64,000 nucleotides of DNA from Tetramitus jugosus (Eukaryota; Protista; Heterolobosea), in assembly GCA_937625935.1 (NCBI GenBank), contig OW569368.1, positions 424,978 to 488,977 of the forward strand, written 5' to 3'. Each line of letters begins with the position of its first letter. Position 1 is the first letter of the stretch. The notes under the pieces were generated by a model, which had not been told where the DNA came from, searched no databases, and worked only from the letters and a program-made list of their open reading frames with translations. The position numbers and the translations under genes were made by a program. Of the stretch, positions 11,001 to 23,565 are shown piece after piece.

Positions 11001-14000
11001 TTGAGAATCAATGAACTCACTCTCCCAAGGTTGAATATATCTGTACAAATTAGGAATCAATTGACCTTCTTCATGACTCATACCACTTCTGAAATGAGTA
11101 GTACCAACAATTGAAGACTGCTTTGAATATCTCAAATCAGATTGAGGGATCAACACATGACCCATGCTGAGCATACCCAATCCACCAAGTTCTTTAGGTG
11201 TATAGAACACGACCGGAGGGAAACGAGTAGGCATCTTAGAGTTCAAACCAATCTTAACTCTCGTTTGAATCTTGTTCTCACACTTAACCAGCAAGTCAAG
11301 CATTTCTTGGGTGTTAATCACAGCTTCACGGAAGTATGTCATCAAACCAATCAATGAAGTGTTCCACTTGTTGACAATCTTTGTAAATGTTGTACTACCA
11401 GATGCCATCAGAATCATTCTCACACGATTCTCAAAACGTTTCATTGCCTCGTCGCTTACTCTGAGATAGGCTTGGGCAGTTCTCTCCTTTGTTACTTCGT
11501 TTTGTAAACTCCAGACACCATCCTTGTTCGCCATTGCATCTGGGGTTAAAGCTCTAACCTTTGGTAGGATACGAACTTCAAATCCATTCATGTCAAACAA
11601 GAGATTTGGATTATCTTTAGAATACACACTGACGAATGTATCATCCCAATTGAGAGTTGTAATACTACGAGGGAGTCTGTTCTTCATGTCCCAGAACACT
11701 GCTCTTCCAAGATTGACATCATGCTTCATCAATCTCATCCTAGCATCTCTAGGCCAACACTTTTTGTTGTTATAACCAACAATATTTTCATTATTTGGAT
11801 CAGGATGCTCTGTCAGATACTTCTGGATGAGTTCCTTCGCATCTTGGTGATTAAATTTGAAGAGCACATAAATTTGATCGACATATCTAGTATACAATCT
11901 AATCGGATGTCTTGTCTCGATCTTTGTGCTGGCAAATGTCAAGTAGTCATTTGGCGCATTAGGTGGACCAGCAAGTTCACTAGCTCTGTTAAGACCCAGC
12001 AATAACAAATCCATTACAAGTCCATAGAATTGTACAATGAAACTAGAGAATTGCAAACCACGAATTAAACCATAAGAGTTCGTGTGGTTCATATCTTTGT
12101 AGTTCAATACCACATTGTTCTTTGATGTCATGTAATCAGCAATATTGTGATCAACGATCAACCTCAATAATCTGTTCAAAAGAACCAGATCAATCTTGTC
12201 ATACAGCTTATCCAATTTTGTTTGAAGAGAAACCAGGCATTCACCATTAGAGGTCTCCCAGACTTCCTTCAAATTGTTGATTCCTTGACACCATTTGTAC
12301 ACAAGAAGAGGAGGTGGCTCAGTATCGGATGGCTTGATCCAGTTAGGGAATAAGCCACGCTTATCTGCCTCATACCATAGATATTGATCTAAATAAGCAT
12401 CGGTAATCTTCTCAATTGGTTCAACATCATAGACTGGAATTAAATGTGAATACAGATCCATAAACTCGACACCAACTTCCTTGAAGACACGTTGAGTCAG
12501 GATATGTCTCTTAATTCTAGCGAGAGCCTCATGAGGATTGTTGTAAGCTTGTTCAATCAAGCCCAATTCTTCTCTTTGAGATTGGTTGAGACGAGACTTG
12601 ACAGAGTATGCCTCCTTAAGTCGTTCCAACGCAAGAATCAACAACTTAGTATCATGCTTGTATGAGAGTGGGGGGAATGGAATAGGAGAGAATCTTCTAC
12701 TCTCGAGCCAGTGGACAGTCGTTGTATAAATCGCCACAGCTTCCTCAGCACTCACGTATGGTCCATCCTTCAAGTAACTGTACTGTCTCTCTTGTTCAGC
12801 TTTGAACCACAATCGAGTTAATCGACCAAGATTCTTCTTACAGACAGTCTTATCAACTGTAGCGCCACGCTTAATACGCTCTCTATTATAATGGGCAACA
12901 TTGGTCCACCAATCTGCCTTGGCTTTGACATAACGTAAGATAATATTTTCTACTGCTTGTGGCAGAAGCGGCACCTTCCATGGAATATTGGCCTTCCAAC
13001 ATCTCCAAGCCTCTGACAAGTGCTGAAGAATGACACGAGCCTTATTCTGCTTAATATTAGGAGGCATAGTGTCTAAAATATCATACATGACCGAAGCTCT
13101 CAACGCTAGATCAAAGTTTGATTCAACACGCTGTTTTGTTACAGTTTTAGCTACGCCCTTGTTTTGTCTTCCTTCGAATTGACGAGCCAAGAGGTTGCCT
13201 AGCCATCTCTCCAAGAGTGGCACAATACCTCTCATAAAGAACAGCCAAACTCTCCATCCAGGAGCCCAAAAGCCAACACCAGGTCCCTTTCCAACACTAC
13301 CAGTGTTGAATCGATAATAAATCACATGTTTCAAATCCTTACACATTCTAATCTGTCGCATCAATCTATACTTGTATCTGTACATACCAGTCAACTGACC
13401 GACATGAGCAAAAATGTATTGTAGACCATCAGCAAGCTGATATGCCTCAACGTTACCAAGACGATATTGGACATGAGAATCCACAACAAGCTTTGTTAAT
13501 CTCAGAATTTCCCTGCAGAGATGGAACGCGTTTCCAAATCTAGACTTCTTTCTCTCCTTTGTTGTCAGAGTCTTGATCGGCTTCAGATTAAAGTTGTAAT
13601 CGAGATGCAAATAATTCAAGTTCTTTCTGTGAATGAGCAGATTCAACATGTTGTAACCTTGTCGACACACTTGCAAACCGGCTTCCACCCAATCAATCTT
13701 CGTCGTATGGAAGAACTTGGTTTGCTTCAATGTTTTAAATAAGTTAATTCGCTTTGTAGACTTTGGTGGAGTCTTGTGCAATGCGTTCAAAACATAGCAC
13801 TTTAGCAACTTTTGGTAGCTAATCTTAACCTTGACTGGATAATCGGCTGGAGGATGTTCGAGATACCACTTTTGAACCAATGGTACATCTTGAGCCCTTC
13901 TCGTGTAACCAGTCTTGTGACAGAATGGTCTAGGGGCCCAATACAAGTCAATACCTTGTAAAGTATAGCTCGTGAATAGTGGATAGGAGTGCAAGATTGG

Positions 14001-15254
14001 ACTCACATCATCTGGTAGTGTGAACGCTTCTTCATCATCCTCCAATGCTTCTAAATCCTCATCATCCAAACCTATATCCTCGTCCTCCTCATCCAAATCA
14101 CTCAAATAATCCAAATCATCAATGGCAGACTGTGTGACATGAGCTGGAATTGGATTGATAATGGGATCAAACTCGAATGGTTCTGCATCAGGATCCTCAT
14201 TCTTCAAAAAGCACAAATTCGGTGTGTGATACTTTGACAAATGCACACTTCTTGGTCTATCATTGTACAAGTGTGGGAAAGCAACCTTGTACTCGGAACG
14301 AATCTTTTGACGAACAATAATCTTGTGTATATCATTAAACTCATTCCAATCTTCTTCTTGCTGATCCATACTGTCCTTGAACAATGGTTCAAACTTTGGT
14401 CCACCGGGCAATGCCGTATTCAGTGCCTTACTTGTGAAAAAACTCTCCTTATCAAACAAGTACGAATAATTAGAGTCCACACCAATCACATCACTCAACA
14501 ATTGATTACTCAATCGATACAGTGTAGTCATGATTGGTAAATCTAGTCTCCATGATCGATACGACGGTCCATTCACATACTTTGTAAACTGCAGTGGCTT
14601 ATGATCATAGAACCAATCATAGACTGCTGCATCTTCTTCTTCGTCCAACTCCAACTGAATAGGATCCAACGGCTCCACCTCCAAAATATTTTCCTTGTAG
14701 TCCAATGGTGGTTCTTCGTCGTCAAACGGAGGAAACCTCATTCGTTTAAAGTGCTTACGATCACGTTTTTCTCTTCTCATCATGATCCACATGGTAGACC
14801 ACTGTGCAACGTACACTGGTTCAATCACTTTTGGTACTTCATTGACAAAGGTGATAGCTCCAGTAATATGATAGAGAACAGGCACTGTGCGAACAGATTC
14901 CCATGGCATTGGCATATTCTCCAATAGCTTTAGTATGGCATGTGGCATGTACTTTAATGCACCTAAATAAACTCGTTTATCGTTGCGAAAACGACGGTTG
15001 GACATGTCACCATGATCCAATATGATTTGTCTGAGGACTTCAGGTGGCATGTCATGCTTGGGTTGATTTTGTTGTTGTCCTGATTTTTTGCGCTTGTTGG
15101 TGTATTTGGAGTTGTGTTGTGCGAGCCATTTTTGAGCTTTTTGATCCAATCGTTGTTGTTCAGGTGTTTTTTCAAGTTTTTTGTTGGATGATGGTTGTTG
15201 TTGTTGTTGATGAGGCATACCAGGAGGTAATCCTGGCGGTGGTAGGTGACTCAT
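8076..15254 (-). CDS. PRP8: Pre-mRNA splicing factor Prp8 (intronless, no intein)
   Basis: Conserved across its length ([45 protein letters not shown]); likely ATG at 15254. Confidence 0.99.
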   Translation of the reverse strand: MSHLPPPGLPPGMPHQQQQQPSSNKKLEKTPEQQRLDQKAQKWLAQHNSKYTNKRKKSGQQQNQPKHDMPPEVLRQIILDHGDMSNRRFRNDKRVYLGALKYMPHAILKLLENMPMPWESVRTVPVLYHITGAITFVNEVPKVIEPVYVAQWSTMWIMMRREKRDRKHFKRMRFPPFDDEEPPLDYKENILEVEPLDPIQLELDEEEDAAVYDWFYDHKPLQFTKYVNGPSYRSWRLDLPIMTTLYRLSNQLLSDVIGVDSNYSYLFDKESFFTSKALNTALPGGPKFEPLFKDSMDQQEEDWNEFNDIHKIIVRQKIRSEYKVAFPHLYNDRPRSVHLSKYHTPNLCFLKNEDPDAEPFEFDPIINPIPAHVTQSAIDDLDYLSDLDEEDEDIGLDDEDLEALEDDEEAFTLPDDVSPILHSYPLFTSYTLQGIDLYWAPRPFCHKTGYTRRAQDVPLVQKWYLEHPPADYPVKVKISYQKLLKCYVLNALHKTPPKSTKRINLFKTLKQTKFFHTTKIDWVEAGLQVCRQGYNMLNLLIHRKNLNYLHLDYNFNLKPIKTLTTKERKKSRFGNAFHLCREILRLTKLVVDSHVQYRLGNVEAYQLADGLQYIFAHVGQLTGMYRYKYRLMRQIRMCKDLKHVIYYRFNTGSVGKGPGVGFWAPGWRVWLFFMRGIVPLLERWLGNLLARQFEGRQNKGVAKTVTKQRVESNFDLALRASVMYDILDTMPPNIKQNKARVILQHLSEAWRCWKANIPWKVPLLPQAVENIILRYVKAKADWWTNVAHYNRERIKRGATVDKTVCKKNLGRLTRLWFKAEQERQYSYLKDGPYVSAEEAVAIYTTTVHWLESRRFSPIPFPPLSYKHDTKLLILALERLKEAYSVKSRLNQSQREELGLIEQAYNNPHEALARIKRHILTQRVFKEVGVEFMDLYSHLIPVYDVEPIEKITDAYLDQYLWYEADKRGLFPNWIKPSDTEPPPLLVYKWCQGINNLKEVWETSNGECLVSLQTKLDKLYDKIDLVLLNRLLRLIVDHNIADYMTSKNNVVLNYKDMNHTNSYGLIRGLQFSSFIVQFYGLVMDLLLLGLNRASELAGPPNAPNDYLTFASTKIETRHPIRLYTRYVDQIYVLFKFNHQDAKELIQKYLTEHPDPNNENIVGYNNKKCWPRDARMRLMKHDVNLGRAVFWDMKNRLPRSITTLNWDDTFVSVYSKDNPNLLFDMNGFEVRILPKVRALTPDAMANKDGVWSLQNEVTKERTAQAYLRVSDEAMKRFENRVRMILMASGSTTFTKIVNKWNTSLIGLMTYFREAVINTQEMLDLLVKCENKIQTRVKIGLNSKMPTRFPPVVFYTPKELGGLGMLSMGHVLIPQSDLRYSKQSSIVGTTHFRSGMSHEEGQLIPNLYRYIQPWESEFIDSQRVWAEYALKRNDAQAQNRKLTLDDLDDSWDRGIPRINTLFQKDRHTLAYDKGWRVRTEFKNYQVLKQNPFWWTHQRHDGKLWNLNNYRTDMIQALGGVEGILEHTLFKGTYFPTWEGLFWEKASGFEESMKFKKLTNAQRSGLNQIPNRRFTLWWSPTINRANVYVGFQVQLDLTGIFMHGKIPTLKISLIQIFRAHLWQKIHESVIMDLCQVFDQQLDALEIAHVQKETIHPRKSYKMNSSCADILLFAAFKWQVSKPSLITQTRDQYDGNATSNKYWVDVQLRWGDFDSHDIERYTRTKFLDYTTDNMSIYPSPSGVMIGIDLAYNIHSAFGNWFPGSKPLIRKAMSKIMKANPALYVLRERIRKGLQLYSSEPTEPHLNSQNYGELFSNQIIWFVDDTNVYRLTIHKTFEGNTTTKPINGAIFIFNPRTGQLYLKIIHTSVWAGQKRLTQLAKWKTAEEVAALIRSLPPEEQPKQIIVTRKGLLDPLEVHLLDFPNIVIKGSELQLPFQSCLRMEKFGDLILQATEPKMVIFSLYDDWLKSISSYTAFSRLILILRALHVNHERTRIILKPNKATITQPHHIWPTLSDEEWIKVEVAMKDLILADYGKKNNVNVQSLTQSEIRDIILGMEIAPPSVQRQQIAEIEKQSKEASQLTAVTTQTVTNAGEAIVTTTYSAYEQETFSSKTDWRVRAISATNLHMRTKRIYVNQQVQLADVEQGYTYIIPKNILKKFISIGDLRTQIMGYMYGKSPEDRPSVKEVHCIALVPQRGTHLNVTVPHRLPQHELLQDLEPLGWIHTQQPSVDVKVCSPNDVAMHARIMSEHKEWEGEKTVIVVCNFTPGSCTLNTFKLTPEGYEWGRKAKVNTNASDSEMMLDTTGFSTNYYEPAQMLLSEKFMGFFLIPSDNVWNYNMIYAHSENMKYDVELGIPKEYYHEIHRPHHFINFASMEAEPTPGVQHDDDENILEREDLFA

Positions 15255-15466
15255 ATTGTTGTATGAGATGATACAAATAATACCGGTTATGCGATCGCGT
15301 TCTCCACCTTTTGTTTTCGAAAAAAAAATTGTGAATTTCGTTAAAAATGAAACAAGCATGGATCACCAATCAGTTCACTCAAAACAATGAACATTCAAAA
15401 AAGACTGCCGGGCGGGAAAAAAAGAAATTCACACCAACAACAAAAGTGAATAGTCGCGCCTTGAAA

Positions 15467-16615
15467 ATGAACACCACCAACAACAACACCACCAATAATG
15501 AGAATCACCACACTCGTCGTAATGAAGCCACTCTAGAAGAACAACCAGACACCAAGAAGCAAAAAACCTCCAATGATTCACATTCGTCCCCTCTCCCTCC
15601 TAATAATTCTCCGATGCGAAATGGAACCTTCCAAACTAGCAATCTCATCAAAGACGGTGATTTGGTCATTGTTCACATCAAGGACGATGATATTCGACCC
15701 ATCCATGTCAAATCTGGTGAAAAATTCAATTGCGCCTATGGCATGTTCCTCCATGACTCATTCATTGGTCAAAATTTTGGTTCAAAAGTGGTTTCTTCTG
15801 GTCGTTCCAGTCAAACGACATCAGGATTCGTGTACTTGTTGAGACCTAGTCCCCAATTGTGGACATTGGGTCTCTCTCATCGAACTCAAATTCTCTACAC
15901 TGCTGACATATCATTGATATTGAGCATGTTGTACTTGAAACCGGGTAGTAGAGTAGTGGAGAGTGGAACAGGCAGTGGAAGTCTTTCTCATGCGATTGCG
16001 AGGTGTGTGGCACCTACGGGTCACTTGTTTACATTTGAGTATCATGAACAGAGATTTAAGGAAGCAACGATTGAATTCCAAAAGAATGGATTTTCTGATT
16101 GTGTGACAACGACTCATTGTGATGCGTATGAACAAGGGTTCTTGCATCGCATCAAGGAACCACACTCGATTGATGCAGTGTTTCTCGATTTGCCAAAACC
16201 ATGGTTGTGCATCTCTCCTCATGTCAATGCAGTGCTCAAGGTGAATGGTGGACGATTCTGTTCATTTTCGCCATGCATTGAACAGATTCAAAAGACTGCT
16301 GACTGTTTGAGACAATATCAATATGTGGACATTAAGGTTTATGAGATTTTACAAAAGGGTTATACGAACTCGTTTGTTTGCGAGTTGCCAAAGGTTGACT
16401 GGGAAGCTGCAGCAACAGCAAGCGACACAAAGAACAAGAAACAAAGCATTCCTACTGGTAAGAAATCCTCAGACAAAACAGATCGTTTGTTTTTGCCTGA
16501 GAGAGAAATGAGAGGTCACACGGGATACTTGTTGTTTGCCACACGATTCTACGATGTAAGTGATGAACAAGTCGCTCAACTCTTGGCTTCTTCATCGTCA
16601 TCGAACATGCAATAA
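15467..16615 (+). CDS. TRM61: tRNA m1A58 methyltransferase catalytic subunit (Trm61/Gcd14)
   Basis: HRTQILY, ESGTGSGS, DAVFLDLPKPW, SFSPCIEQ and GHTGYL motifs; head-to-head with PRP8, ~210 bp apart. Confidence 0.95.
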   Translation: MNTTNNNTTNNENHHTRRNEATLEEQPDTKKQKTSNDSHSSPLPPNNSPMRNGTFQTSNLIKDGDLVIVHIKDDDIRPIHVKSGEKFNCAYGMFLHDSFIGQNFGSKVVSSGRSSQTTSGFVYLLRPSPQLWTLGLSHRTQILYTADISLILSMLYLKPGSRVVESGTGSGSLSHAIARCVAPTGHLFTFEYHEQRFKEATIEFQKNGFSDCVTTTHCDAYEQGFLHRIKEPHSIDAVFLDLPKPWLCISPHVNAVLKVNGGRFCSFSPCIEQIQKTADCLRQYQYVDIKVYEILQKGYTNSFVCELPKVDWEAAATASDTKNKKQSIPTGKKSSDKTDRLFLPEREMRGHTGYLLFATRFYDVSDEQVAQLLASSSSSNMQ

Positions 16616-16743
16616 AAAAATAATGCAATATGCATATTCTTTATTTGTGATCTTGATGTGCTCCAGTGGAGGTTAACTTTCCTTTTCTGGAGCTCCAGCT
16701 ACAACCAACAAAACACAAACAGACCTCAACAGGCAGCTCGCAA

Positions 16744-17862
16744 ATGAAGTCCAACACAAGTACCGACGACGTAACAATCCACCAAAAGAGAAACAATGGC
16801 AATGAAAATGATAAAGGTGATGTAAAAACAAATGAAATTTCTTCTGTGATTTGCAAGGATATTTGGTCACAAATCATTGAGTTTTGTGACACTCGCTCAT
16901 GGTTGCAATTGAGTTACACTTGCAAAGGAATGAATCAATTCAAATTCAATCGAGTGCTCATGTCCAACAAGAGGAGAAGACTAAAATACTCTTTAAGATG
17001 TCGAGAGATTGAACACTTGTTTCGATTGGCAAAAGGAACATTGTTCAATGTTTGTCTGAGTGGAAATAAGTATTTAACGGATAGGCACTTTCAATATTTG
17101 GAAGGTATTCATACCCTTGACATGAATCGTTGCGATACAATAACAGACAAAGCGTTTACTCATTTGGCTGGTATTCATACATTGGATATGAGTTGTTGTG
17201 AGCAAATCACCAACCATGCAATCTCTCATTTGGTTGGAGTTCACACTCTGTGCATGAGAGATTGTCGTCAAATCACAGATCAAGCTTTTCCTCATTTAAC
17301 TGGGATTCACACACTCAAGATGTCTCGGTGCACACAAGTGACTGATAACGCGTTTACTCATTTAACTGGTATCCACACACTAGACATGAGTTATTGTCAT
17401 CAACTGACAGACAATGCATTTCCCCATCTGGCTGGTATTCACTCACTCGATATGAATAGTTGTGAACAAATCACAGACAAGGCATTCTCTCATTTGATTG
17501 GCATTCACACACTCAAGATGGATGATTGCAGGAATATTACAGACAATGCATTCTCTCATTTGGCTGGCATTCAATCACTATCGATGAGCCGTTGTCGAAT
17601 CACAGACGCCGCGTTTCCCCATTTAACAGGCATTCACACACTTAATCTCAGTTTCTGTGATCAAATTACTGACAATGCGTTTCCTCATTTGGCTGATATT
17701 CACACCCTCGACATTAGTTATTGTCATCAAATAACGGACAAAGCATTCCACTATTTGGTTGGTATCCACACACTCGGTATGAATGGATTCAATCGAGAAT
17801 CGATCACGGAGAAGGCTTTGTTACATTTGAAGGGTATCCACTCTCTGTTGGTCCCAAAGTAA
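16744..17862 (+). CDS. F-box-like + 25-aa LRR repeat protein, tandem paralog 1 (12 GIHTL-type repeats; C-terminal frameshift)
   Basis: ICKDIWSQIIEFCD...LSYTCK F-box-like segment; repeats of consensus GIHTLDMSxCxQITDxAFxHLx. Confidence 0.85.
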   Translation: MKSNTSTDDVTIHQKRNNGNENDKGDVKTNEISSVICKDIWSQIIEFCDTRSWLQLSYTCKGMNQFKFNRVLMSNKRRRLKYSLRCREIEHLFRLAKGTLFNVCLSGNKYLTDRHFQYLEGIHTLDMNRCDTITDKAFTHLAGIHTLDMSCCEQITNHAISHLVGVHTLCMRDCRQITDQAFPHLTGIHTLKMSRCTQVTDNAFTHLTGIHTLDMSYCHQLTDNAFPHLAGIHSLDMNSCEQITDKAFSHLIGIHTLKMDDCRNITDNAFSHLAGIQSLSMSRCRITDAAFPHLTGIHTLNLSFCDQITDNAFPHLADIHTLDISYCHQITDKAFHYLVGIHTLGMNGFNRESITEKALLHLKGIHSLLVPK

Positions 17863-18161
17863 ACAAGATGTAATTCGCCTCAAGAATATGGTCGGGGTTG
17901 GAGCTCAGGTTTATGTCTAGACATTTGAGTTTTACATTAATTGCTATTGTATTGGTTGAAATCTCAGTTACCTCATTTCGTTTGCGGTGGTGTTGTTGGC
18001 ATTCTGGACTCTTAACTCATGTTCTCCTCTCCTACACTTCATTCTAATCCAACTTCCATTCTTGACAAAACGGTCTCCTTTTCGTCAAACTTTCCTTTTC
18101 TTCAAAATCAACTCCTCATAACTTCACAAAACAAAACACGCAGAAGGCAGTCAACATAGAG

Positions 18162-19163
18162 ATGAAAAAAAGTTTGTTTGATAGTGTTGATGACAACAAG
18201 ACTGCCACAATCAAGAGAATGAGAGTCACTGAAAGTGGTAATAATGAAGAAATCATCATTTCAGATGAAATGATTCGTTCTGAACTTTGCAAGGATATTT
18301 GGTCAAAGGTCATTGAATTTTGTGACTCTTATACATGGCTGCAATTGAGTTACACTTGCAAAGGAATGAATCAATTCAAATTCAATCGAATGCTCATGTT
18401 CAACAAGAAAAGAAGACTAAAATACTTTTTGAATGGTCAACTTATTGAACATTATTTTCGATTGGCCAAAGGAACTCTGTTCAATGTTTGTTTGAGTGGG
18501 AACCAGTATGTGACGGATAAGCATTTTCAATATTTGGAAGGTATTCACACACTCGACATGAATCAGTGCAATACAATAACAGACAAAGCGTTTCCTCATT
18601 TGACTGGTATTCATACACTCGATATGAGATATTGCGACCACGTAACAGACAAGGCATTTCGCCATTTAACTGGCATTCATACACTCGAAATTAGTTATTG
18701 CCATCAAATTACGGACAAAGCATTTCCTTGTTTGACTGGCATTCACACACTCGATATGAGTCATTGTGAGCAAATTACAGACAATGCGTTCTCTCATTTG
18801 ACAGGTATTCACACTCTCAATGTGAGTAGTTGCCATCAAATCACAGATCAAGCCTTTTCTCATTTGATGGGCATTCACACACTCGATATGAGTCGTTGTG
18901 AGCAAATTACAGATGATGCATTCGCTCATTTGACAGGTATTCACACTCTCGATGTGAGTTATTGCCATCAAATTACGGATACAGCCTTTTCTCGTTTGGT
19001 TGGTATCCACACACTCAGCATGAATGGATGCAATCAAGAATCGATCACAGAGAAGGCATTATCTTATTTGAAGGGTATCCACACCCTCAATTGGTTTCAC
19101 AGCACACTAGATAAAACTTGCATCAAAGAGGTGGTTGGCACTACGGCTAGGATTTTTTCATAG
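18162..19163 (+). CDS. F-box-like + 25-aa LRR repeat protein, tandem paralog 2 (9 repeats)
   Basis: F-box-like region near-identical to paralog 1; shared downstream motif GGTGTTGTTGGCATT (~17989 and ~19171). Confidence 0.85.
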   Translation: MKKSLFDSVDDNKTATIKRMRVTESGNNEEIIISDEMIRSELCKDIWSKVIEFCDSYTWLQLSYTCKGMNQFKFNRMLMFNKKRRLKYFLNGQLIEHYFRLAKGTLFNVCLSGNQYVTDKHFQYLEGIHTLDMNQCNTITDKAFPHLTGIHTLDMRYCDHVTDKAFRHLTGIHTLEISYCHQITDKAFPCLTGIHTLDMSHCEQITDNAFSHLTGIHTLNVSSCHQITDQAFSHLMGIHTLDMSRCEQITDDAFAHLTGIHTLDVSYCHQITDTAFSRLVGIHTLSMNGCNQESITEKALSYLKGIHTLNWFHSTLDKTCIKEVVGTTARIFS

Positions 19164-19332
19164 AATGTGGGGTGTTGTTGGCATTTTGGGGCTATTAACT
19201 CCTGGAACTACTTCTCATGGAGATGAAGAGAAGTTTTTTGGAGCACTGTGGTTTGTGTTCATCAAGTGCAGTGATCTTCAAGTATCTTAAGTTTTGAAGT
19301 TTAACGCGCAGAAAAAAAAATGATTTGTGTGT

Positions 19333-20164
19333 TTAGTTGTTTTGGTTTGGCATCTTCTTGTACAATGTGCTATAGTCCTTGAACTTTGGAGACATCATGT
19401 CCACTGGGCGTTCATGTTGTTCTTGAACATACTTCTTGTAAGCCTCAATACCATCAACAACAATCTTCTTGGCAACGTCAGGTCCTTGGAATCCAGTCAC
19501 CTTGACAACCTTGTTCTCCAACTTCTTGTAATCTTCAAAGAAAATTTGCAATTCCTTCAACTTGTGAGCTGGCAAGTCAGTAATGTCATTGATATCCTTG
19601 AATTCTGGATCATCAGCATGAACACAGATAATCTTGTCATCACCTTCTCCACCGTCAATCATACCCATGACACCAATTGGCTTGGCACGCAAAAAGGTCA
19701 TTGGTTGAATTTCAACTTGAACAAACACCAAAGCATCAAGCTAACAAGGAGGAGGAAAAAAAATCAAAAATTTTTGTCAACACACGATCCATCATGAATC
19801 GGACTTGCGCAAGAAAAAAAAAGCTCTCTTACACACAAGAACAACAAACAACAACAATAACCACAACATACAGGATCCTTGTCATCACCATAGGTTTGAG
19901 GAATGAAACCATAGTTTGCTGGGTAAACAACAGAAGAGCTCAAAATTCTATCCACTTTGAGCAAACCAGTTGCCTTGTCCAATTCGTACTTGACCTTGGA
20001 TCCCTTTGGAATTTCGATAACACAGTTAAAGATCTCTGGAGCTTCAGGTCCAACTTCGAGGTTATGCCATGCCTAGATATATAAATTTACATAAAAAAAT
20101 GAGTCATTTTTTTTTCACACAAAAACCTGAACAAGATCAGAGCTTTACAACGTACGTGAGCCAT
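19333..20164 (-). CDS. PPA: Soluble inorganic pyrophosphatase (family I); exons 20156-20164, 19872-20072, 19333-19740
   Basis: Splicing GTACGT..TAG and GTATGT..TAG introns gives [11 protein letters not shown]...[14 protein letters not shown]...[21 protein letters not shown]...D.GE.DDKI. Confidence 0.95.
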
Positions 20165-20443
20165 TGTTTATGACGTGAGTGTATTAAACTTGTGGTAGTG
20201 TTGTTGTGGTTGTTTTTTTTTGTGGTTTTTTTATCACACGAGTGAAAATGGACAAGTTCACTTGGGCACTTGCTTGGTGCGGGCAGTGTATTTTTGATTT
20301 ATTTTCTCCTCCATTTTCTCATTCATTGAGGTCGTTGAACGATTCAACTTCTTGATTGAACTTTCACACCGAATGGAAGCTCAAAAAACAAAACGAACGA
20401 CGACAACGAACGGCATCATCTTTCACAGCACATTGACACACAC

Positions 20444-23400
20444 ATGGGCAGGAAGAACAACAAATCCACTGCATCGGCATCGATCCATGCCGAAAACAAC
20501 CAAATGGACACCAAGAGCTTGCACAAGGATGCCGACGGTCACGTCAAATCCATGCTATTCGCCAACCGTAAAAACAAGAATGAACCAACAAGGCGTGAAA
20601 AACGGCGATTAGAGCAAGCAGAAAAGAAACGATCCAAGGCACTTCATTGGGGAAAGACCAGAGGAAAGACTGACACTCAATTCATCTCAAAAATCAATGA
20701 ACAAACCATCAAGGGACTTCCAAAGCAAATTCAAAGCAAAATCAATACAAAAAAACGTTCGAGAGAACAACAGAGTAAGCAATTAAAGGCAAACAAGAGA
20801 GCAAAGGAACAAGAGAGTCGTGATGTTTTTAAAAACAAGGAAGATTTGTTCAGTTTGAGCAATGAAGCTGTTGAAAAATCGGATCATTTCAGTGATGAAT
20901 CAGAGATTGAATCCGATATGGATGATGAAAATGATTTTGGTAGTGGTGGTCCAATCAAGTTATCAAGTGATTTCTTTGGTTATGATTCAGATGACTCTGA
21001 CATTATTGATGACATTTCACCAGAGATGGATCAATTGGACAGCGACGACGATGAAAAATCAAAAAAGACTGGAAAGAAGGAAAATAAGAAGAAGAAGAAG
21101 AGCAAGGGCGGTGATTCTGATGATGAATATGCTCCAGAAGGCAGTGCAGCAATGATTCTCGATGACAAATTCTTTAAAGAGATGGAAGATCGTGAAATGC
21201 CTGATAATCGTTTGATTGAAGAGTTGGAGAAGAAACTTGGGTTCAATAAGAAGAAGAGGAAGCAAAAGAAGGAGGAAGACGATTCAGATTTGGATAAGGA
21301 GTTGGGTATTGATAGTGGAAAGGAGTCGGAGCTTCAAAAGTATGTCAGAGAGAAGCGAGAGAAGAAAAAGGCAGACAAGTCAAAGAAAAAGAATGACAGA
21401 AATTCTGACAATGAAGAAGAGAGTGATGAGGAAGACGATGTTGAAGAGGAGGATTCCGACAATGATGATGGACCTAGACGATTCAACGATGGTCTTGATG
21501 GTTTATTGGATAACCTGGATGAAGATGAAGGAGATGATTTTGGTACTTTTGATCCAGATCTCGCAAGTGATGAAGAGGATCAAAATGATCTTGCAGGTGA
21601 TGGAAATGATGACGTATCCGACTTTATGACAGGTTTGAATTCAGATGATGAAGATGAAGAAGACGAAGATGATATTAATGATGGAATGGATGATTTGGAC
21701 GAGTTTGACAAGTTTGAAATGGGCAGTGAGAACGAACAGAGCGATGAGGACAGCGAGAATGAAGAAGAAGAAGAAGCTTCTAAAGTGACAACATCCATCG
21801 CCGCAGCACCAACCGGAAAGTATATTCCTCCTCATTTGCGCCAAAAGGTAGCAGCAGAAACTTCAACTGAGAAGGGAAATGATAGAGAGAACGATTTTCG
21901 GTATCTGGAGCTCAAAAAGCAAATCAAGCAAATATTGAACAAGGTTGCTTTGGACAATATTGAACTTTGCACGAATCAAGCTCTGTCATTGTACCAAAAG
22001 AATTCCAAGAATGATTTTAGCAAGCTATTGACAGATTTGATCATTGATAGCATTTGTGACAATGTCAATTTGCAGAGTCAGTTTGTGCTTGTTTATGCTA
22101 CTTTTATCACTGCCATTCATAACATTATTGGAGATAATGTCGGATCCGCATTTTTGGAGCGAGTCGTGCACAAGTTTAACGAAATTAAATCGAACAAGCT
22201 GAATGCTACTAACTTATTGATCATGCTATGTCATGTCTATAATTTAGGACTCGTTTATAGTGGTTTTATTTATGGTATTGTTCGAGTACTGTGTGAACAA
22301 TTCACAGAACTGAATGTAGAGTTGGTGTACAAGCTGTTGCAAACATGTGGTTTCCAGCTAAGAACTGATGACCCATCCAGTTTGAAAGATATTGTTGATC
22401 TTGTCCAGTCCAAGGCCGAATCAGACACCAAAGTCAAGGGAGAGAGAATCAAGTTCTTGCTAGACATGATGAACGACATTAAGAACAATAGAAGAAAGAA
22501 AGAGCACGAAGACGACTATAACAAGTATAAGACGCTGAGAAAGGCAATGAAGAATATGCAAAAGAAGCGTGGTTCCAATGCCTCTGAACACACACTCAGA
22601 ATACCCTTCGAGGATTTGCTAAATGCAGATTCAAAGGGTAGATGGTGGATTGTTGGTTCTGCTTGGGTGGGACGTCAGGCAAGCGAAACGCATGAGTCAT
22701 TGGCTAAGTCTGCTCCAACCACACTAAAGTACACTGATAATCTCAAGGTTGCTCTTGAGGGAATCAGCGATAAGAAGATTAAGAAACTCGAGAAACTAGC
22801 AAAGGAGCAAAGAATGACCACAGAGATGCGAAAGATTATTTTCTGTATTATAATGTCTGGTGAAGATTATATGGATGCTTTCCAAAGGTTAGTCAAGTTA
22901 GGCGTTAAGCGAAATGACAGAGAAATTGCTCGTGTTTTGGTTCATTGTTGCTGCCAAGAGAGACAATTTAACGAATATTATGCACTGCTGGCAAAACAAC
23001 TCGCTTCTTTGCACCGAAGCAGTAGTTTAACATTCCAGTATACCTTTTTCGAACAGTTTAAACTGCTGAATACCTTTGCTGTGAGAAAGGTTATTAACTT
23101 GAGCTACTTGTTGGCGTACCTGATCGGAAACAGTGTTTTGTCATTGACATGTTTGAAGGTGGTTGACTTTGAATCGCTCGTGAAGCAAGAGGTCATTTTC
23201 TTCAGACTTGTCTTTATTCATTTATTGCTTGATTATGATGAGGACGTTATTTCAAAGCAATGTTTAAGACTAGTCAAGGTTTCTCATTGTGAATCTCTCA
23301 GAGAGTCAATGCAACTCTTCTTGATGCAATTCATCAAGAGGGAGTTCCGAAGAAGCTTTGTGAATGACTTGTTCACAGTTCGGGATGTATCCAAGAAGTC

Positions 23401-23533
23401 TGACAAGAAATGGCTAAGTCAAAACGAAAAACTTTTGAAAAAGAGAGCAAAGTTGATGAAGAAGGTATTGAATACAGACGCAATCGACTTGCTGCAGGAG
23501 GATGACCGAGATGAAGATTTTGGTGATAATTGA
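20444..23533 (+). CDS. NOM1: Nucleolar MIF4G + MA3 protein (NOM1/Sgd1)
   Basis: Acidic/basic N-terminus; KYIPPHLR, LRTDDP..LK, KGRWWIVGSAW and RM.TEMRK.IFC.IMS.EDYMDAF motifs. Confidence 0.92.
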   Translation: MGRKNNKSTASASIHAENNQMDTKSLHKDADGHVKSMLFANRKNKNEPTRREKRRLEQAEKKRSKALHWGKTRGKTDTQFISKINEQTIKGLPKQIQSKINTKKRSREQQSKQLKANKRAKEQESRDVFKNKEDLFSLSNEAVEKSDHFSDESEIESDMDDENDFGSGGPIKLSSDFFGYDSDDSDIIDDISPEMDQLDSDDDEKSKKTGKKENKKKKKSKGGDSDDEYAPEGSAAMILDDKFFKEMEDREMPDNRLIEELEKKLGFNKKKRKQKKEEDDSDLDKELGIDSGKESELQKYVREKREKKKADKSKKKNDRNSDNEEESDEEDDVEEEDSDNDDGPRRFNDGLDGLLDNLDEDEGDDFGTFDPDLASDEEDQNDLAGDGNDDVSDFMTGLNSDDEDEEDEDDINDGMDDLDEFDKFEMGSENEQSDEDSENEEEEEASKVTTSIAAAPTGKYIPPHLRQKVAAETSTEKGNDRENDFRYLELKKQIKQILNKVALDNIELCTNQALSLYQKNSKNDFSKLLTDLIIDSICDNVNLQSQFVLVYATFITAIHNIIGDNVGSAFLERVVHKFNEIKSNKLNATNLLIMLCHVYNLGLVYSGFIYGIVRVLCEQFTELNVELVYKLLQTCGFQLRTDDPSSLKDIVDLVQSKAESDTKVKGERIKFLLDMMNDIKNNRRKKEHEDDYNKYKTLRKAMKNMQKKRGSNASEHTLRIPFEDLLNADSKGRWWIVGSAWVGRQASETHESLAKSAPTTLKYTDNLKVALEGISDKKIKKLEKLAKEQRMTTEMRKIIFCIIMSGEDYMDAFQRLVKLGVKRNDREIARVLVHCCCQERQFNEYYALLAKQLASLHRSSSLTFQYTFFEQFKLLNTFAVRKVINLSYLLAYLIGNSVLSLTCLKVVDFESLVKQEVIFFRLVFIHLLLDYDEDVISKQCLRLVKVSHCESLRESMQLFLMQFIKREFRRSFVNDLFTVRDVSKKSDKKWLSQNEKLLKKRAKLMKKVLNTDAIDLLQEDDRDEDFGDN

Positions 23534-23565
23534 GCAATACATTAATTTACATTGTTGTTGACGAC

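Noticed and set aside
17090-19100. CRISPR-like periodic repeats
   Set aside because: The 75-nt periodicity is coding LRR repeats with no spacers; eukaryotic context.
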